64,000 nt of DNA. Source: Chrysomallon squamiferum (lineage: Eukaryota; Animalia; Mollusca). The position numbers and the translations under genes were made by a program. Where the stretch lies: contig CM022672.1 in the NCBI GenBank assembly GCA_012295275.1, positions 11,904,001 through 11,968,000 on the forward strand. The letters are read 5' to 3'. The notes beneath the pieces were generated by a model that had not been told where the DNA came from, ran no database searches, and saw only the letters and a program-made list of their open reading frames with translations. Shown piece after piece: positions 49,681 through 63,839 of this stretch (within the stretch, counting starts at the first letter, position 1; the number at the start of each line of letters is the position of its first letter).

Positions 49681-52559
49681 CAGATCTGAGAAATCAGTTT
49701 TGATGACTCAAGGTGAGTCTTCCAACAAAGAACCATCACAGTCATCTTTACAAGATCACAACACTGTGAAGACAATCTTCTGATAAAAGAACCCCGCAGA
49801 ACACTTACATATGATAAATTATATCCTGTGAAAAAGCAATAACCTAACACAAAAGCCTTTATATCTTCTTCTTAATTCATTTTCTTTACTTTTTAAAGAA
49901 ATTTATAATCGGGGGAAATATTATCACAAAAAAGGTATTTTGTCAATATCATGTTCCCTGTCAAAAAGAACTTGTGTCTCTATCTCGTATCTATTTTATG
50001 CTCAGCAGGGGTTCAAACCAACAAGGAATTCATCCTTTTTTCATGGTGGGACAAAGACACAGTGTTAATATTAGTGACAAGTGGGTGATTTTGGTAAACA
50101 TTATTACAGTCTGGTTATGAAGATGATGATTATGATGATTATGATGATGATGATGATGAAAGTGTCACACGTTTGGGGTGAATTAGACATGTGAAGTCTG
50201 TCTGGGACCTGCGTTTTGTGTATGTAAATGAGGGTATTTTTTATATGGTGTTTTCTCTCACCATTGTTGTTGTATTTCAGATCTCGGCAAAGAGTTAATA
50301 ATCCATAATGTCTGGTCTTTGTACTCATTTTATTTTTAGTGTTTTAATGTCTTTATTTAAATTATATCTAAAAAAAAATGGTGGTGATAATGACGGCGAT
50401 TATCTTGATTTATTAATTAATTTAGTTATTTAGTTATTACTATTATTATCATAATTATCATAATTATTGTTATTATTATTATTATTATTATAACTAATTC
50501 ATCATAGCTGAATTAGCTGTTATAATAATAATCAAAATAATAATAATTAACTTTTTTTAAAGTATTCTTATTTACAATTAAAAAACAATGATAATGATAA
50601 AATAGCTACATCATTATTTTTTTTATTATCTATCTTTTATTCTGATTTAAAAATCACTGCTTTTAAATTAAAATGTAGGTAAACAAAAATTTGTTTTTAT
50701 TTTAAATAACTAAAACTTATAAGTACAAATATCTCTAAAGAAATATATTAATTTTTAAATTAACATTCTATAGTCAATAAGCAGCCAGAAAAATATCAAC
50801 AAACATAAGCTATAAAAACCCAAATTTTCCCAAAAGAAAAAAAAAAGAAAAAAGAAACAACTTAAAAAATTACTAATCATCAAACTCTGTACATACACAT
50901 TAACAATACATTAAAAAAAAACTTTTTAATTCCTAACATACTGAAAAACAAATTTTCTTTGGTTCATATTTAACAATTACTTGCAGGTAAAACAAAAAAC
51001 AAATACTGAATACAAATCCAACATAAAACAAAAAATTATCCATTCATGCTTTTGCTGTAAGCTATCTGTGCTATTTTCACAGTCTATGATATACGACTAT
51101 ATATCTAACATTTAGCTTCTAACCCTCATATCACATAATGTCAAAAATACTTCAGGACCGTATGTTTCACCATGATATGAGATATTAAAATATTCATTTC
51201 GACTATTTTTTCCGTCTCGACTTTTCTGAATCTTTGTTTATCCAGCAATGAACACTGCTCACTGGCCTAGAGGATGTCTGGGTGCAAACATTTTAAACTG
51301 GAACCAACGAGTCTAATTATGTTTTTCACCTGCAGAAATATTACAAGAAGTAACCTTCATCGCGATGCAAATTCAGTGTTGATTCTGCAAATGATACCTG
51401 AAAATGTGGTCATGCCTGTGATTCATAGATTTGTGTTTTGTGTTAAACATCACCAGGTGATGGGGTATTTTAAGGAATTGGATTTTGTATTTTTTATTTT
51501 TATCCTTCTGTTTTCTAGTCTGTATTTCATTTTTTTTTTTTTTTTTTTTACTAAATATGTTTTAAAAAGGTTTCTACTCAGGATTATTGTTTCAGAAAGT
51601 TTTGATAATAAAAACTTCAGTAATGTTTTTAATACACATACATATATATATACATTACATTACACATATACATCATACATACCAAGACATATTTATTTAT
51701 CTGTCTACTCTTACTTATACATACATAGATACTTACACACATGTATAGACACACACACACACAGACCTACAATGGACATTTCACATTTCTCACCAGTGTC
51801 TTGATTTCTTGTTAAAAATGTAACCATTAATTTGATGAGAAAGAGATAAAAAAAATATATATTTGAATTTCTCAGTTGATATTATTATATAAAGAGGTAA
51901 ATCATTGTTAAAACACTTTCAAAAGAAAACAGCCAGTTTCAGTGACTGACACCAAGATTTTCTCTCAGTAGTCTCAGAAGTATGTATTCATATATATTTT
52001 AAATGTTGTTAAATAAAACCCCAGCAGAGGAAATAAACAGTGTCGCACAGAAACAAACAGATGAATAACTGAATAAATCAGTTTGCAGTATCATAAAGTT
52101 GACGAAGAGTAGACGCTTTATCAATATCTTCTTTATAATTAATTGTTTTCCTTGCAAAGCCTCACAAGTGGAAACATCAGATGGGTATTATAAAGCCTGT
52201 CTGTATGATTCTTGTTAGTGACCCATTAATTTTCATAATGAAACACTGATCTTGCCATCAAGCAAAACCATCAGTATTAATTGAAACTGTATATATAACC
52301 AGATTTAGACTGACTTTTGGTTCACCAGGTTTGAAATAAACAGAGGATATGATGGACTGAAGCTGGGATCAAATTTCCAATATCTACACACAAACTAATG
52401 TACTGCTTCTTTTTAATATAATTAAATCTGTGGATGTGACTTTTGACTAAGTATGAAATCCCAAAGAAAATATTCTTTATTTGGTTAACGCAGAATAGTT
52501 CCATTAGAAAGGTGAGCTAAGTGTAATACTCTCTGTTATTAAACTCAGATATGTTACAG

Positions 52560-53020
52560 GATGCGGGAGATTATGATAAATATTTCATATAAACATTAAC
52601 AGTTCTTGGTGACTAAATTCTAGTATGTGTTAGATGACATGAACATTTAATAGTTCCCAGTGATTAGATTCAAATGTGCTATATGATGTTGAACATTATG
52701 ATAAATATTTCATACTAATGTTATTAGTTCCTGGTTAATAAACTTAGATATATTATGAATTTTTTACATAAACTTGAATAGTTCCTGGTAACTAAACACT
52801 AGTAGGTTATAGGATGCCCATGATTATGATAAATATTTTACACAAACTTTAATAATTTCTTGGTGACTAAACTCTAGAATGTTGATGAATATGATAAATA
52901 TTTCATTATGAACTCAAATAGTTCTTGGTCACTAAAATCTAAGATATGTTATAATATAACTCTAAAATACAGTTATATGATACTAAAAGTTATGATAACT
53001 ATTTGACACAAATGTTAACA
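52560..53020. repeat. Degenerate minisatellite, ~55-70 bp units
   Basis: Recurring TATGATAAATATTT and AGTTCyTGGTrACTAAA anchors, ~7 units. Confidence 0.8.
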
Positions 53021-55361
53021 GCTAAACAAAGAAATTATTTCATTAACAGAAGAATGGTCAAATAGTTATGTATGTTTAATGAAACGAAATAAATTGTATC
53101 ATGAAGTTCTATTGACTTATCTAGATAAACCGTTTGTTGCACGGCTTCTGAAATTCTGAGACTCACACAAAGGTATTAAGAATTAGAACTTAAATATGAT
53201 GATGATGACATTGATGATATGATAATAATGATTATAAAAGTATAACTGTAACAGCATCAATATCATAACATGACAAATTCATTTCACATCCACAACACCC
53301 AGTAACATAGCTATATATCAACAGCAACAACAATAACAATAACAATAATAATGATGATGATGATGATAGCAATAAACAATAAAAATAGCAACAAGAAATC
53401 CTCCATCACCAGTAACACAAAAACATTCCCCCAATTAAAATGAAAATTAATTATAAAACTCCTTAACAACATAAAAATCACATCATGCCACTAAGCAAGC
53501 CAATTTGGAGCTCGCATGCTTGCGGCCAGTGTCTGCATATTTAATGTCAGCAGCAAGTTAACACATATTTTACCAAGGTCAATTAGTTTTTAAGAGAAGC
53601 CAACACAGACTTAGAGCTGGGTGTTTGTCTGTGTCCAGTGGTAAGTGCTACTTTCAAGTGCCGGTAAAGCCAGAATTTACACCCTGAATGACGGCAAAGC
53701 TAAATTAACACGCCGTTTCCCTGCAATTAGTTGCAGCAACTTAAGTCTGGCAAATTCCTCATGGGTTATCTTCTCTCTGTCACTTGATTATTGGGTTATC
53801 TTGTAGTATGTTTCAGTGACTTTTTTTTTTTTAAGTGGCAGAGAAGAAAGGAGAAGACAAAATAGACACAGACAGAGACAGAGAGACACAGAAAGACAGA
53901 GTTTGAGATAGAGTGAGAGACAGACACAGAGAGAGAAGGATTTGAAAATGATTTTCAGAATAAAGAAAATTTCCATTTGGTTGAAGTGTCTTAATTCAAA
54001 ATATATCTCTGGATTATTCTGTCAGTGATTTTAAAAGAGAGAAAAAAAATGTAGGTTAAATTAAAAAAAGTACCAATTCAAAAATATATTAAAAGTGAAT
54101 TCTTTCTGCCAGCTGATTGCTGGATTATTGTGAAGAAAATTTCAGTACGTTTGAGAGAGAATAAGAGGCCAAGAAAGGAAATAACCATTAAAATAAAAAT
54201 GTTACCAACACAGCAGATGTGACAGGGTAAATTTAGAAGTGGTGTGTGTGTTTTTGAAGAACTTGGTAAATGAGATGCTATGCACTTTTTGTGTGTGTGT
54301 GTTAATGAATTCTGCAGATGAATGACAGATAATCGTTATATATAAAACATAATAATTAAAAATCTATATATTTTTAAAACTTTATTATTTATATGTTGCC
54401 GTACATTCCTTCTTTCCTGGGTATGTAAATTTTGTTATAATGTTAATATAATTATGTTTCAGTAGTGGTGTCATACTACTGTGCTGTACAAAGTGCTCTG
54501 GTTTGTAGTATATTGAGTTCTCTGTCCTTCCATTTTATGACAGTTATGATCTAGAGAAGAAAAAAATTCTACAGTGCAATAAATGAGGTGGTATTAGTGA
54601 CAGTGTGATATTATAGTCACACTAAACCAAACAGCAGATACCATGCACACTAACAAATCAAACAAATCTGGAAGATCATCATTTACTATAATATAAAAAA
54701 AAAAAAAAAAAATCTTGACCAGGTTCCCTAGAAAATAATGTTAGCCACTGGTCAGTTCATATTCTGTTAGCTTTTCATTAGTGGACAAGAGTCTTACAAG
54801 ATTCTCTGAAAGGTGATGCAAGCAAATCAGCTGAATATCCCCACTGGGGCTGTGCATGGTATGTTGAACTAACAAGCAGCAGTGGTCCAGCAGTTTCCAC
54901 TTGCTAAACCAATTAACCACAGATATATACAAATCAGAAATAGCCACAGGCTGCTCACATGGCTGGTTCTATATTAACAGTTTTGTCAATTACTCTATAA
55001 ATATGATCTTAGCAACAATTATGATGATGATGAATATTATAACGATAACAAAGATGTTAATAATAACAGTTACAATAACAATGATGATAATACTTTTAAT
55101 AATAACAGGCTTAGCAACTTTACAGTATACAGTAAGTGTGATGGTGTTGTAATAGCCTTAGCAAGGGCTGTATTGGTGTTAACAGTACAGAAATATGATG
55201 GTGGTGGTAATGGTTATGGTACAGATGATTATGAAGGTGATGGTGGAGGTGGTATAGTAGTGATGATAACAATGATAAAATTAATCAAAACAACAAAAAA
55301 GCTATAATAAACTATTATTAACAACAACAACAGCAATAGAAGAAAACTTGCAATAAACAGA

Positions 55362-55730
55362 AATTCCTTTGACCTACTTTTTATTATCAAATGAAGACAA
55401 GGTACTATCAAGAATCCTTTGACCTACTTTTTGTATTATCAAATGAGGACAAATTATTATAAGGATTCCTTTGACCTACTTTTTATTATCAAATGAGGAC
55501 AAGGTACTATCAAGAATCCTTTGACCTACTTTTTATTATCAAATGAGGATAAATTATTATAAGGATTCCTTTGACCTACTTTCTGTTATCAAATGAGGAC
55601 AATTTATTATGAAGATTCCTTTGACCTACTTTCTGTTATCAAATGAGGACAATTTATTATCAGGAATCCTTTGATCTACTTTTTCTTATCAAATAAGGGA
55701 CAAGTTTTTAATCAGGATTCCTTTGACTAA
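55362..55730. repeat. Minisatellite, ~50 bp x7.3
   Basis: TCCTTTGACCTACTTT...TTATCAAATGAGGACAA in units starting at ~55362, 55413, 55465, 55515, 55565, 55615, 55665 and 55717. Confidence 0.97.
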
Positions 55731-58129
55731 TATTCAGTGAAAAAAAAACAAAAAAAAAAAAAATGACATAGCATTACAAGATCAGACTGGACTCTCTCCT
55801 GAGATCGATCAAGGACAAAAGCTGTGTACTCTTGTGTAAGTTTAATTACCAGGATTTCACTGTCTGTCAGTCTCACAAGACAGAAGCATTCAGCAAACAC
55901 CAACACTGATCACCACTGATGTAACTCACTCTGTTAGGATTTTCTCAAATACTTAGTTTGTCACACATTATGAATGTCAGCTGAGATCCTATTGCAGAGC
56001 TTTTTTATTTTTCTTTGGAAATGGGGTTAAGGTTTTTGCTTTTGATGTTTTTTATTTTGTTGTTGATATGAACCACTGAATACAGAGAAATCTGAACAAG
56101 AGAAAAATTTAATAATGACAAAACTTTTAAGATAATGATAAAAAAAAAAAATAATAATAAAAAAAAAAACACACACTCATACACATTTTTTTTTTTTTTA
56201 ATTTGTTGTTGTTTTATTTTCTGTCTTTTTTCTTTTTTTTAAATAGTTTATCTCCCAGTCTGTCTTATCCATATATTTATTTAATGTTTAAAATGTTTAT
56301 TTTTGTTGGTGAATTTTTCATAAATATTTGGTTAAAGATAAATTTATCTCTCATTCTATCAGCCTTAGCTATACATTATTTGTTTTTCCTTTGTTTTTTT
56401 TGTTTTATTTTTGTTTGTTTTATGTTTTTTTCTTAACAAAAACATGACTTAAGACACATTTTAACTGTGATTAAAAAACAATTTCCTGTTTTTTTCAGAT
56501 AAACTACTTTCATAATTACCTAAAAGAAAAGCAATACTCAAAAAAAAAAATAAATAAATAAATAAATCCTAGCGTAATATTATTAAAATAAATAAAAATA
56601 ATTAAAAAATTAAATACCTCTCCCCCACAAACAAAAATAAAATAAAATAAATAAATAAAAATAATAATAATAATTTAAAAAAAAAAAAAAAAATGCAGCT
56701 ATAATGTAAAGCCCAGAGAACATTGCAGAATGTGTATGTTACGTAACATGATGGACTTTTCCAGACAGAATTACTCAAGACACAATCTGTCTGCAGCGAT
56801 TTCCTGGTTGACAATCCCCTCTGATAAATTTATACATCTTCACATAGATGTAGCAGGAAGATGTTGTCAAAGCAGTAATTTATTTATTCAACACATTGAA
56901 AATTGTAGCAATTTTCTTGAAATGTCAATGCACAAGACACAGAGAGAGAAAAAAAAGAATCTTTTTTTTTTTTTTCTGTATTGTATTAATTTTAACATAA
57001 CAGAGTTGTTGTTAATGATTGTATATGATTATTTTATTCATCAGATATGAGATTTGATTCTTTCTGGAATCTGTTTAATACATATTATACATACATGCAC
57101 ATACATGCACATACATTCATACCTGAATGATTTTATATAATAACATGTTTGTTTGTTTGTATGAAGGTCTCCAAAGATTACTTTTGTCTTTATGTTTTAA
57201 CTGGTAGATATAACTTTTAATTTAATGATATAACAATGCCATTATTAATTTTAAAACAATTTTTGGATAAATCATAATTATTATATCCAAACTTTAAAAA
57301 AAAAAAAATTATATTAAAGCAACAAAACAGGAAATCAAGACAAACAAAACTAACAATAAACAAAATAAAATTTACTAAAAAAAAATTATAAAAAAAAACA
57401 AAATAAGAATCACACACATGAAACTTTAAAAAAAAAAAAATATATATATATAAAAATAAAAATAAAAATGAAACGAAATCGCCACTAATGTACCCGTCAT
57501 ACATTGCTGTCATGTTGTTATCACATATCAGTGATACTTCACATTCATCTGCAGATATGATTACTCCATGTGTCAGCACACCACTCACATTAACAAATCT
57601 AACAATCAATCACTGCAGATCATAAAAGCAGATGAATTGCTCGTTTTATAAATTTCAAAATAGATCCACTGCCCCGACTCACAATCTTCGGGGAGCTGCT
57701 AAAGAGAAGTAAATCTCCGAAACCGCCAGTGGACCCCAAACTCCTGCCAAGCATAAAGAATGAATCAGAAATGATCCGTGTAATCTCTTCAACACTTGGC
57801 TTGCTGTTGAGATTTTTAATTTTTTTATTCATTTCTTTTCTTTCTTATATTCTCTCTTCATTTCTTTTTGTCTGTGTTTTATTATTATTTTTTTTTTCTT
57901 CTTCTCCAAAATGCAATGAATATAAAAGATTTTGTTTTTTGTTTTTTTTTTTTGTTTGTATGGGTTCATTTCATTTAAATCTGTGGTGATAGATTGATGT
58001 TTAAGATAATGTAAAGAGATAATGTGTGTTTAAGCTTCAAAAATTGTTGTGCTCATCCTGTTATTTTTTTTTTTTTTTTTTTTATGGACACACTGAGAAG
58101 TTGTTTCTGATTCCTCTTTCAACTATTTC

Positions 58130-58500
58130 TTGTACTTGATTTAGTCAAAGAATTTACAAACTCTTTTATTACCGATGTTTTGTACACCTGTTTTGTCAAA
58201 ATAATAACTTACCCATCATCAATACTGATCAGTGTACCTGATATTGTCAAAGAATTTATCCCTCATTAATATTGGTAAGTATACCTGATTTTGTCAGATA
58301 TTTTACTTCTTTTCTCTAATTAATACTGATAAGAACTGGTGTACTTGATTTGGTAAAATAATTTACCAAATTATCTGTCATCTATACTGATAAAGTACCT
58401 GTATGCCTGATTTAGTCAGAGTTTACCAACTTATCCATAAATATTGATTTAGTCAAACAATTTACTAACTTATTAATTGTTAATTTACCAATATATCTAT
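58130..58500. repeat. Degenerate minisatellite, ~50-60 bp units
   Basis: Recurring TACyTGATTTwGTCAAAnAATTTAC anchor, ~6-7 units. Confidence 0.75.
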
Positions 58501-58902
58501 GACTAACATTAATAAAGATATAAGTTTAAGTCTACTGAATGTGAAACTCAAAATAAGTGAACAAACAAAATATCACATAAAAATGTATCACTAGTAGTAA
58601 TAAGTAAATCTGATTGCATGTGGTAACTACTATTATCTCTATAAAACACCTGATTACATACAATAACAACTACAATTTCAACTTTTATAACAGCAGATAC
58701 AGAGATAATGCATGAATATAATTTTCCCATTATATCCAAGTCTATAAAACATGTCTGAATGTAACTAAGACGGTTGAAGTAAAATTAATCAGTCGACTGA
58801 GAATAATTTTCAATAATTTGATTTAAATTGAAATTTATTTTCATTGATCCATAGGTGAATATTTATGCCTCTTTCTTTCATTCTCTTTCTCTTATTCAGA
58901 AC

Positions 58903-59330
58903 AGGCCACAGCTCAATGGTGAGACATTAACTTAATGCACAACAGACTGTAGGTTCAACTGTCCTTCATATGCACATTAGGCCATTTCCTGTTCCAGTCT
59001 ACGAAAGGCCTTGGAATATGCTTTCCTGTCAAGAACAAACTTCATATTAAAACAACCTCTGCTATTGCTAGGTATAAAAGACCAAAGAATGTGCCTTCCT
59101 GTATGGAAGAAAACTCCTATTAAAAATTCCACTGCAGTTATAAGCATTATTGTATCAAAGGAGTATTAAAGACCAAAGAATTTGCTTTCCTGTCTAGAAG
59201 AAATTGCGTATTTAAAAACTCCACAACTGCTGAAAAAGAGTAGCTCGTACAGTGGGTTTCCTCTTGTACTGAATCAAGCTTGACTCCCAATAAATGTTAA
59301 TAAGAAAATGTCCTGAGATTATTATTCATT
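58903..59330 (+). mobile_element. tRNA-derived SINE (Nin-like) with a triplicated core
   Basis: Head with A-box-like AGCTCAATGG (58910) and B-box-like GGTTCAACT (58952), then CCATTTCCTGTTCCAG. Three copies of AAAGrCC...TGCyTTCCTGT...TATTwAAAA follow (~59003, 59077, 59168), then AAAAGAGTAGCTC...GTGGGTTTCCTCT. Confidence 0.72.
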
Positions 59331-62300
59331 GAGTATTCAGCCTCTGAAAACACCAACACCAGACAGCTCTAAGATCAGAGAAAAAAAAAAAAAAAAAATC
59401 AAAGAGCAGGTTATGTATCATGCATACTAAAGATCATATTATAAAATTTACACACAGAAATCCTATTTGAGGAATTTTATTTGACAAACTTGATTCTCTT
59501 GGTGCCTTAAATATTATCTCTTTTTTAAAATGTTTTTCTGATTTTTCCATTTGCCTGAATTCGGTAATGTACTTAAGGCTGTTAATATATACAATAAAAT
59601 TGACTTGATACTAACTTTTGGGTCAAGGTATATTTGATTTTTCTGCATAATTGGTATGAGAATGCCCATACAAAAACACAAAGAGGCATTCATTTCCTTA
59701 TACACTACACATCCACACACAAGATAAACATTTATATCTGTCTAATCAAGCAATGAAACAGAAAAAAAATATATATATAGAAAAAGCATCAATTTAAAAG
59801 AAAACAACAATACCAAACCAAATGGTAATTTTTAAAAAAAAAAAATGTTAAAAAAGATTCAGACATGATAATCACCAAATAAGAAGAATGGCTCCTACAA
59901 ATCAATGCAAAATAATTTACACCCTAGCTCAAATTCATTTATCAGTACTTATCTGCAGCTTAAACCTTCATTTACCAAAGTGCCAAATTCTAATTGAAGT
60001 TTAATTTGGCAAATATATTTCATTACAAAAAGGCCTAAAAAAATTTTTATGGCAGTTTAATCAAGCCTTATTTCATTAAATTTTATTTGGCTAAGATAAA
60101 TTTAATTTGTCCTCAAACTAAAAAAAAAAGAAAGAAAAAAAAAAAAAAAAGGGAAATTCTAATTGTATTTATGTGTTAAAGAACTTCATTTTCCCAGTTT
60201 GATGTGGTATCATTTCTTTCTTTGTATTACAGTAATTAAATGTTAAAGATACTATAAAAAAATTAAATTCTAACAGCAACTGTACATGCTTTAAAGAACC
60301 AGTTTATTTATTTATTATTGTAATAACTGTAGTAGCAGTAGTAGCAGTAATAGCAATAGTAGTAGTCATAGTAGTATTTTACTATAACATTAGTTCATAA
60401 ACAAGAAGTATACATTCTAAAAAAAAAACATTTTCAAATTTAAAAAGTAATTGGCTTTAATGTTCTGGTTTCTCCACATTATTTATTTATTTCATTTTTT
60501 TTTTTTTTTTTCTTCTTCTTCTTCTTTTTTTTCTTCTTCTTCTTCTTGTTTTTGGGGGGTTATTTTTTTTTTCTTTTCTTTTTTTTGTGCTGTGATAAAG
60601 TTACATAACATTAGATATTAAATCAAGCCAAAGATGCTTTTTTTTTTGGTGGTGTTTATTTAACAGAGGCAATAATTTAAACCTAACCTGTCTTTGTGCA
60701 GCCACCAATCATTAACAACAGAGAGCTGTTCTTTTTGATTTGACTCCATGGGCAGACTCAGGGAGCCTAGCCATGTCCTCCAACACAGATCTACAACTAT
60801 ACAGAGTCCCGAAAAAAATCCTCATACTGTTGTAAACTTTCCTAACTCTCGTTCTAAACATGGGAAAACCAATTTGTGACGAGCATCAGAAGAGTAATTT
60901 AATGTGGTTTAAGTGTGCAGTAAAAACAGTTTGATTTATGCTGTCGTGGAGAGTGATAACCAATAAGATTCATATGCTATTGCCGAAAGGTAACTGCAAC
61001 GAATATTTAACTTCAGAATCGTAACTAAGTTTGTGTGTAGTTAATAACACTGGATGCGTAGAAAACAAATAAATGTAAAAGAACAAATCAAGGGGTTGGA
61101 ACCAGAAGGTTATAACTGAATTTTTGCCAAACAGAGAAAAAAAAACGAAAAACAAAGTTTCATTTCTCTGGCATTTTCATATGTATTGACACAGGTTTTG
61201 AAATTTCACATTTACAGCTTGTTGAACAACTCATATATTCAGACATTTTCATGACAGTATTTCTAATCATCAGCTCACCCCATCCCCAGAATCACTTACA
61301 ACATTTTGGAATATGAAAATCACAGACTTAAAAAAGTCGTAATATCAAATTGAGACATGCAGGAAGAGAACATCGTAAGTCCACTTATATCTTTTTTGTT
61401 TTGATATATTTACCAATCAGTCATGACTGTATTGATGTAAATGTCATTATGACATATTGGCAATGTAATATGTAAACATACTAATTTACTAAGTGCATTT
61501 ATGACTTTTTAGCATTAACAAATATTCACTTATGATCTACTGGCATGACAACTTACTATCCATAATGACTATGCAGTTCTGATTGACATCTCAAAAAATT
61601 ATTATGCTACTAACTTGATTCTTTGATATATGAAAGAAATTACTACTGTACATGCACTGGTGGTAAAATGTAATTTTCACCAAAAAAAAGCACTTAAGAC
61701 CTTCTGGTTCAAACCCCTTAAAAAAAATATATATATATATATATATACACACACCACCCACAAAATACTTTCTTTAATCTCTGTACAGATTTAACTTTGT
61801 CTACAGAAGTGAAAACTTGAAAAGTTCAAAAAGACCGTAATGACCCTGTATATCACAGACAGACATAAGCTGTCTGCTGGTGCAAATGACCACAGTGTAA
61901 TGAGCATTTCATCACTTGTCCTGTCATGGTAAAAGACTCCGGTCCTTGTAGCACGGTAAGAAAACATGCTGTCATCTCAGCAGCAGATGTTCCCTTAATG
62001 TAGAGGTGGTTGTTTTACATGGTCAAGCAGATGTTTCAAATATTAACATGAACAGGACCATTATTCATCACAGAGGACCTCCTGGAAGGAACTATCTTCT
62101 GAAAGCATCTGTTACAATATTTCAGAGTGACAAAATGCCTTTATATTTTTTAATGTGCTCTGATGTTGTTTCAGAGATGGGCTGATAAAGTGTGCTGGTT
62201 GTAATCATTTCATACTGAGAAAAGCAAATATAGATAATATATAACCAAAGTCAGAGAGGAAAAAAAAAAAAAAAAACGAAAGCCATTTCAAGATTAATAT

Positions 62301-62413
62301 CTAATTTTAGAAAATTTTTGCTTAGTGTCAAAGCAGATTTGAACATGGCTGTAAATGCTTTTAAAAAAAAAAAAAAAATGTTCTCTTTATTTTTGTAAGA
62401 AACAATATGCATA

Positions 62414-62414
<1 letters not shown>

Positions 62415-62454
<40 letters not shown>
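62415..62454. repeat. (TG)n microsatellite
   Basis: Direct reading. Confidence 0.95.
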
Positions 62455-62457
<3 letters not shown>

Positions 62458-63801
62458 AAGTATATATGTATTTATTTATATTTGTATGTATCTGTGTATG
62501 AATATTTCATAAGATTTATTGATTGTATTTTGTATAATATATATATATAGAGAGAGAAATCATGGTACAATTTCTAACCTTTACAAACACCTAAACAAAT
62601 ACTCACATGTACTTCTTAAAATAAATTTTTCTCTTTTAAGTATTAAGTATGATTTATACCATTAAGGACACATATTTTCAAAGCTAGTAAATATTTAAGA
62701 TACTAAAGTTGAATGTTAATAGCTGAAACATATTTTTCTAAATACACAGAGTAAAATAATGAAAATTAATCTCATTTTCCTAGAAAAGAAACCTGAACAT
62801 TTAAAACAAACATTTAATTTCAAAATCCACTCTCCTATTGCTGTCCCACAAATATTTTCTTAACAAGAAATATTTAAACTACCAAAAATTCACAGAACTG
62901 GAAAGGAAAATATAAAAAATATCAAATATTTTTGAAACATATCTACTGGCGAGGTTTGAAACGACAACCTATCACTCATCAGTTGACCTTACTAAGTTGC
63001 ACACTAATAAACCTCATTGTGATGATATTTTCTTTTACACGGAGAATATTTTTACAGATCTGGTCAAAATGCGAGCAGTATGAGACGAGAGAATGTGCAC
63101 CCCAACTCTTCAAGATGTCCGTCATTCCACAGGATTTATAGCCCTCTTACTGTGTTTTCTTTCTGTTTGCATTTTGGCATCGTATCTTTTTTGGCATGCA
63201 GATAAAAGCTGTTGTTTCACCCTGTACATCATCTGTTGATAGGGTTTTTATTGGTGGGAGAAGAAGGGATGTCAAAAACTAAAAACAAGAAGAAAAAAAA
63301 AAAGTGTCGTAAAAGTTGATATTTGGTTACTGGCTAGGACACTGGTGATTGAGATGGGGTGTTAAAGCAAATCACAGATTCACACCCTGGAAGTGATTTA
63401 CATGCTTTCCTCTGGTTCCATGGTTCCCCTGGTTTTTGTAATGATGTCTCTATTTTGTCATTTCTAAAACTAATTCAAACCCAAGACATTATTTGAATGT
63501 TTTATGTAAGCATTACTATTTTTTCATTTTTCTTTTATGTTATTGTAAACTTTAAAATTACAAATATTAATAAGATCTGTAGGATAATGGGAAGAGTAAA
63601 ACAGAAACATTCAAAAGTGGCAGTCAATGAACAAATATGAGATATATGTGTCTGTGTGTTTGTATCTGTGTATTTATGAATACATCAATGAACAAAAAGG
63701 TAAATGCAATGATTCTGAGATAACATATTCTTTAAACTGAATAAGTGAACCATTTCTAAAAATCACTTTGAGAATTTTAACCAAAAAAACCCCAAAAATA
63801 A

Positions 63802-63839
<38 letters not shown>

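Noticed and set aside
57694-57735. Hammerhead ribozyme resemblance (CTGCTAA-stem-CGAAAC...GAC)
   Set aside because: At least four core positions deviate (CUGANGA, the first stem II pair and the NUH triplet), and stem I does not form.
7495-60610. Apparent excess of D-box (RTTAYGTAAY) and Hox/Pbx (TGATTTAT) motifs
   Set aside because: These are AT-rich motifs, and several copies are expected by chance at this base composition.
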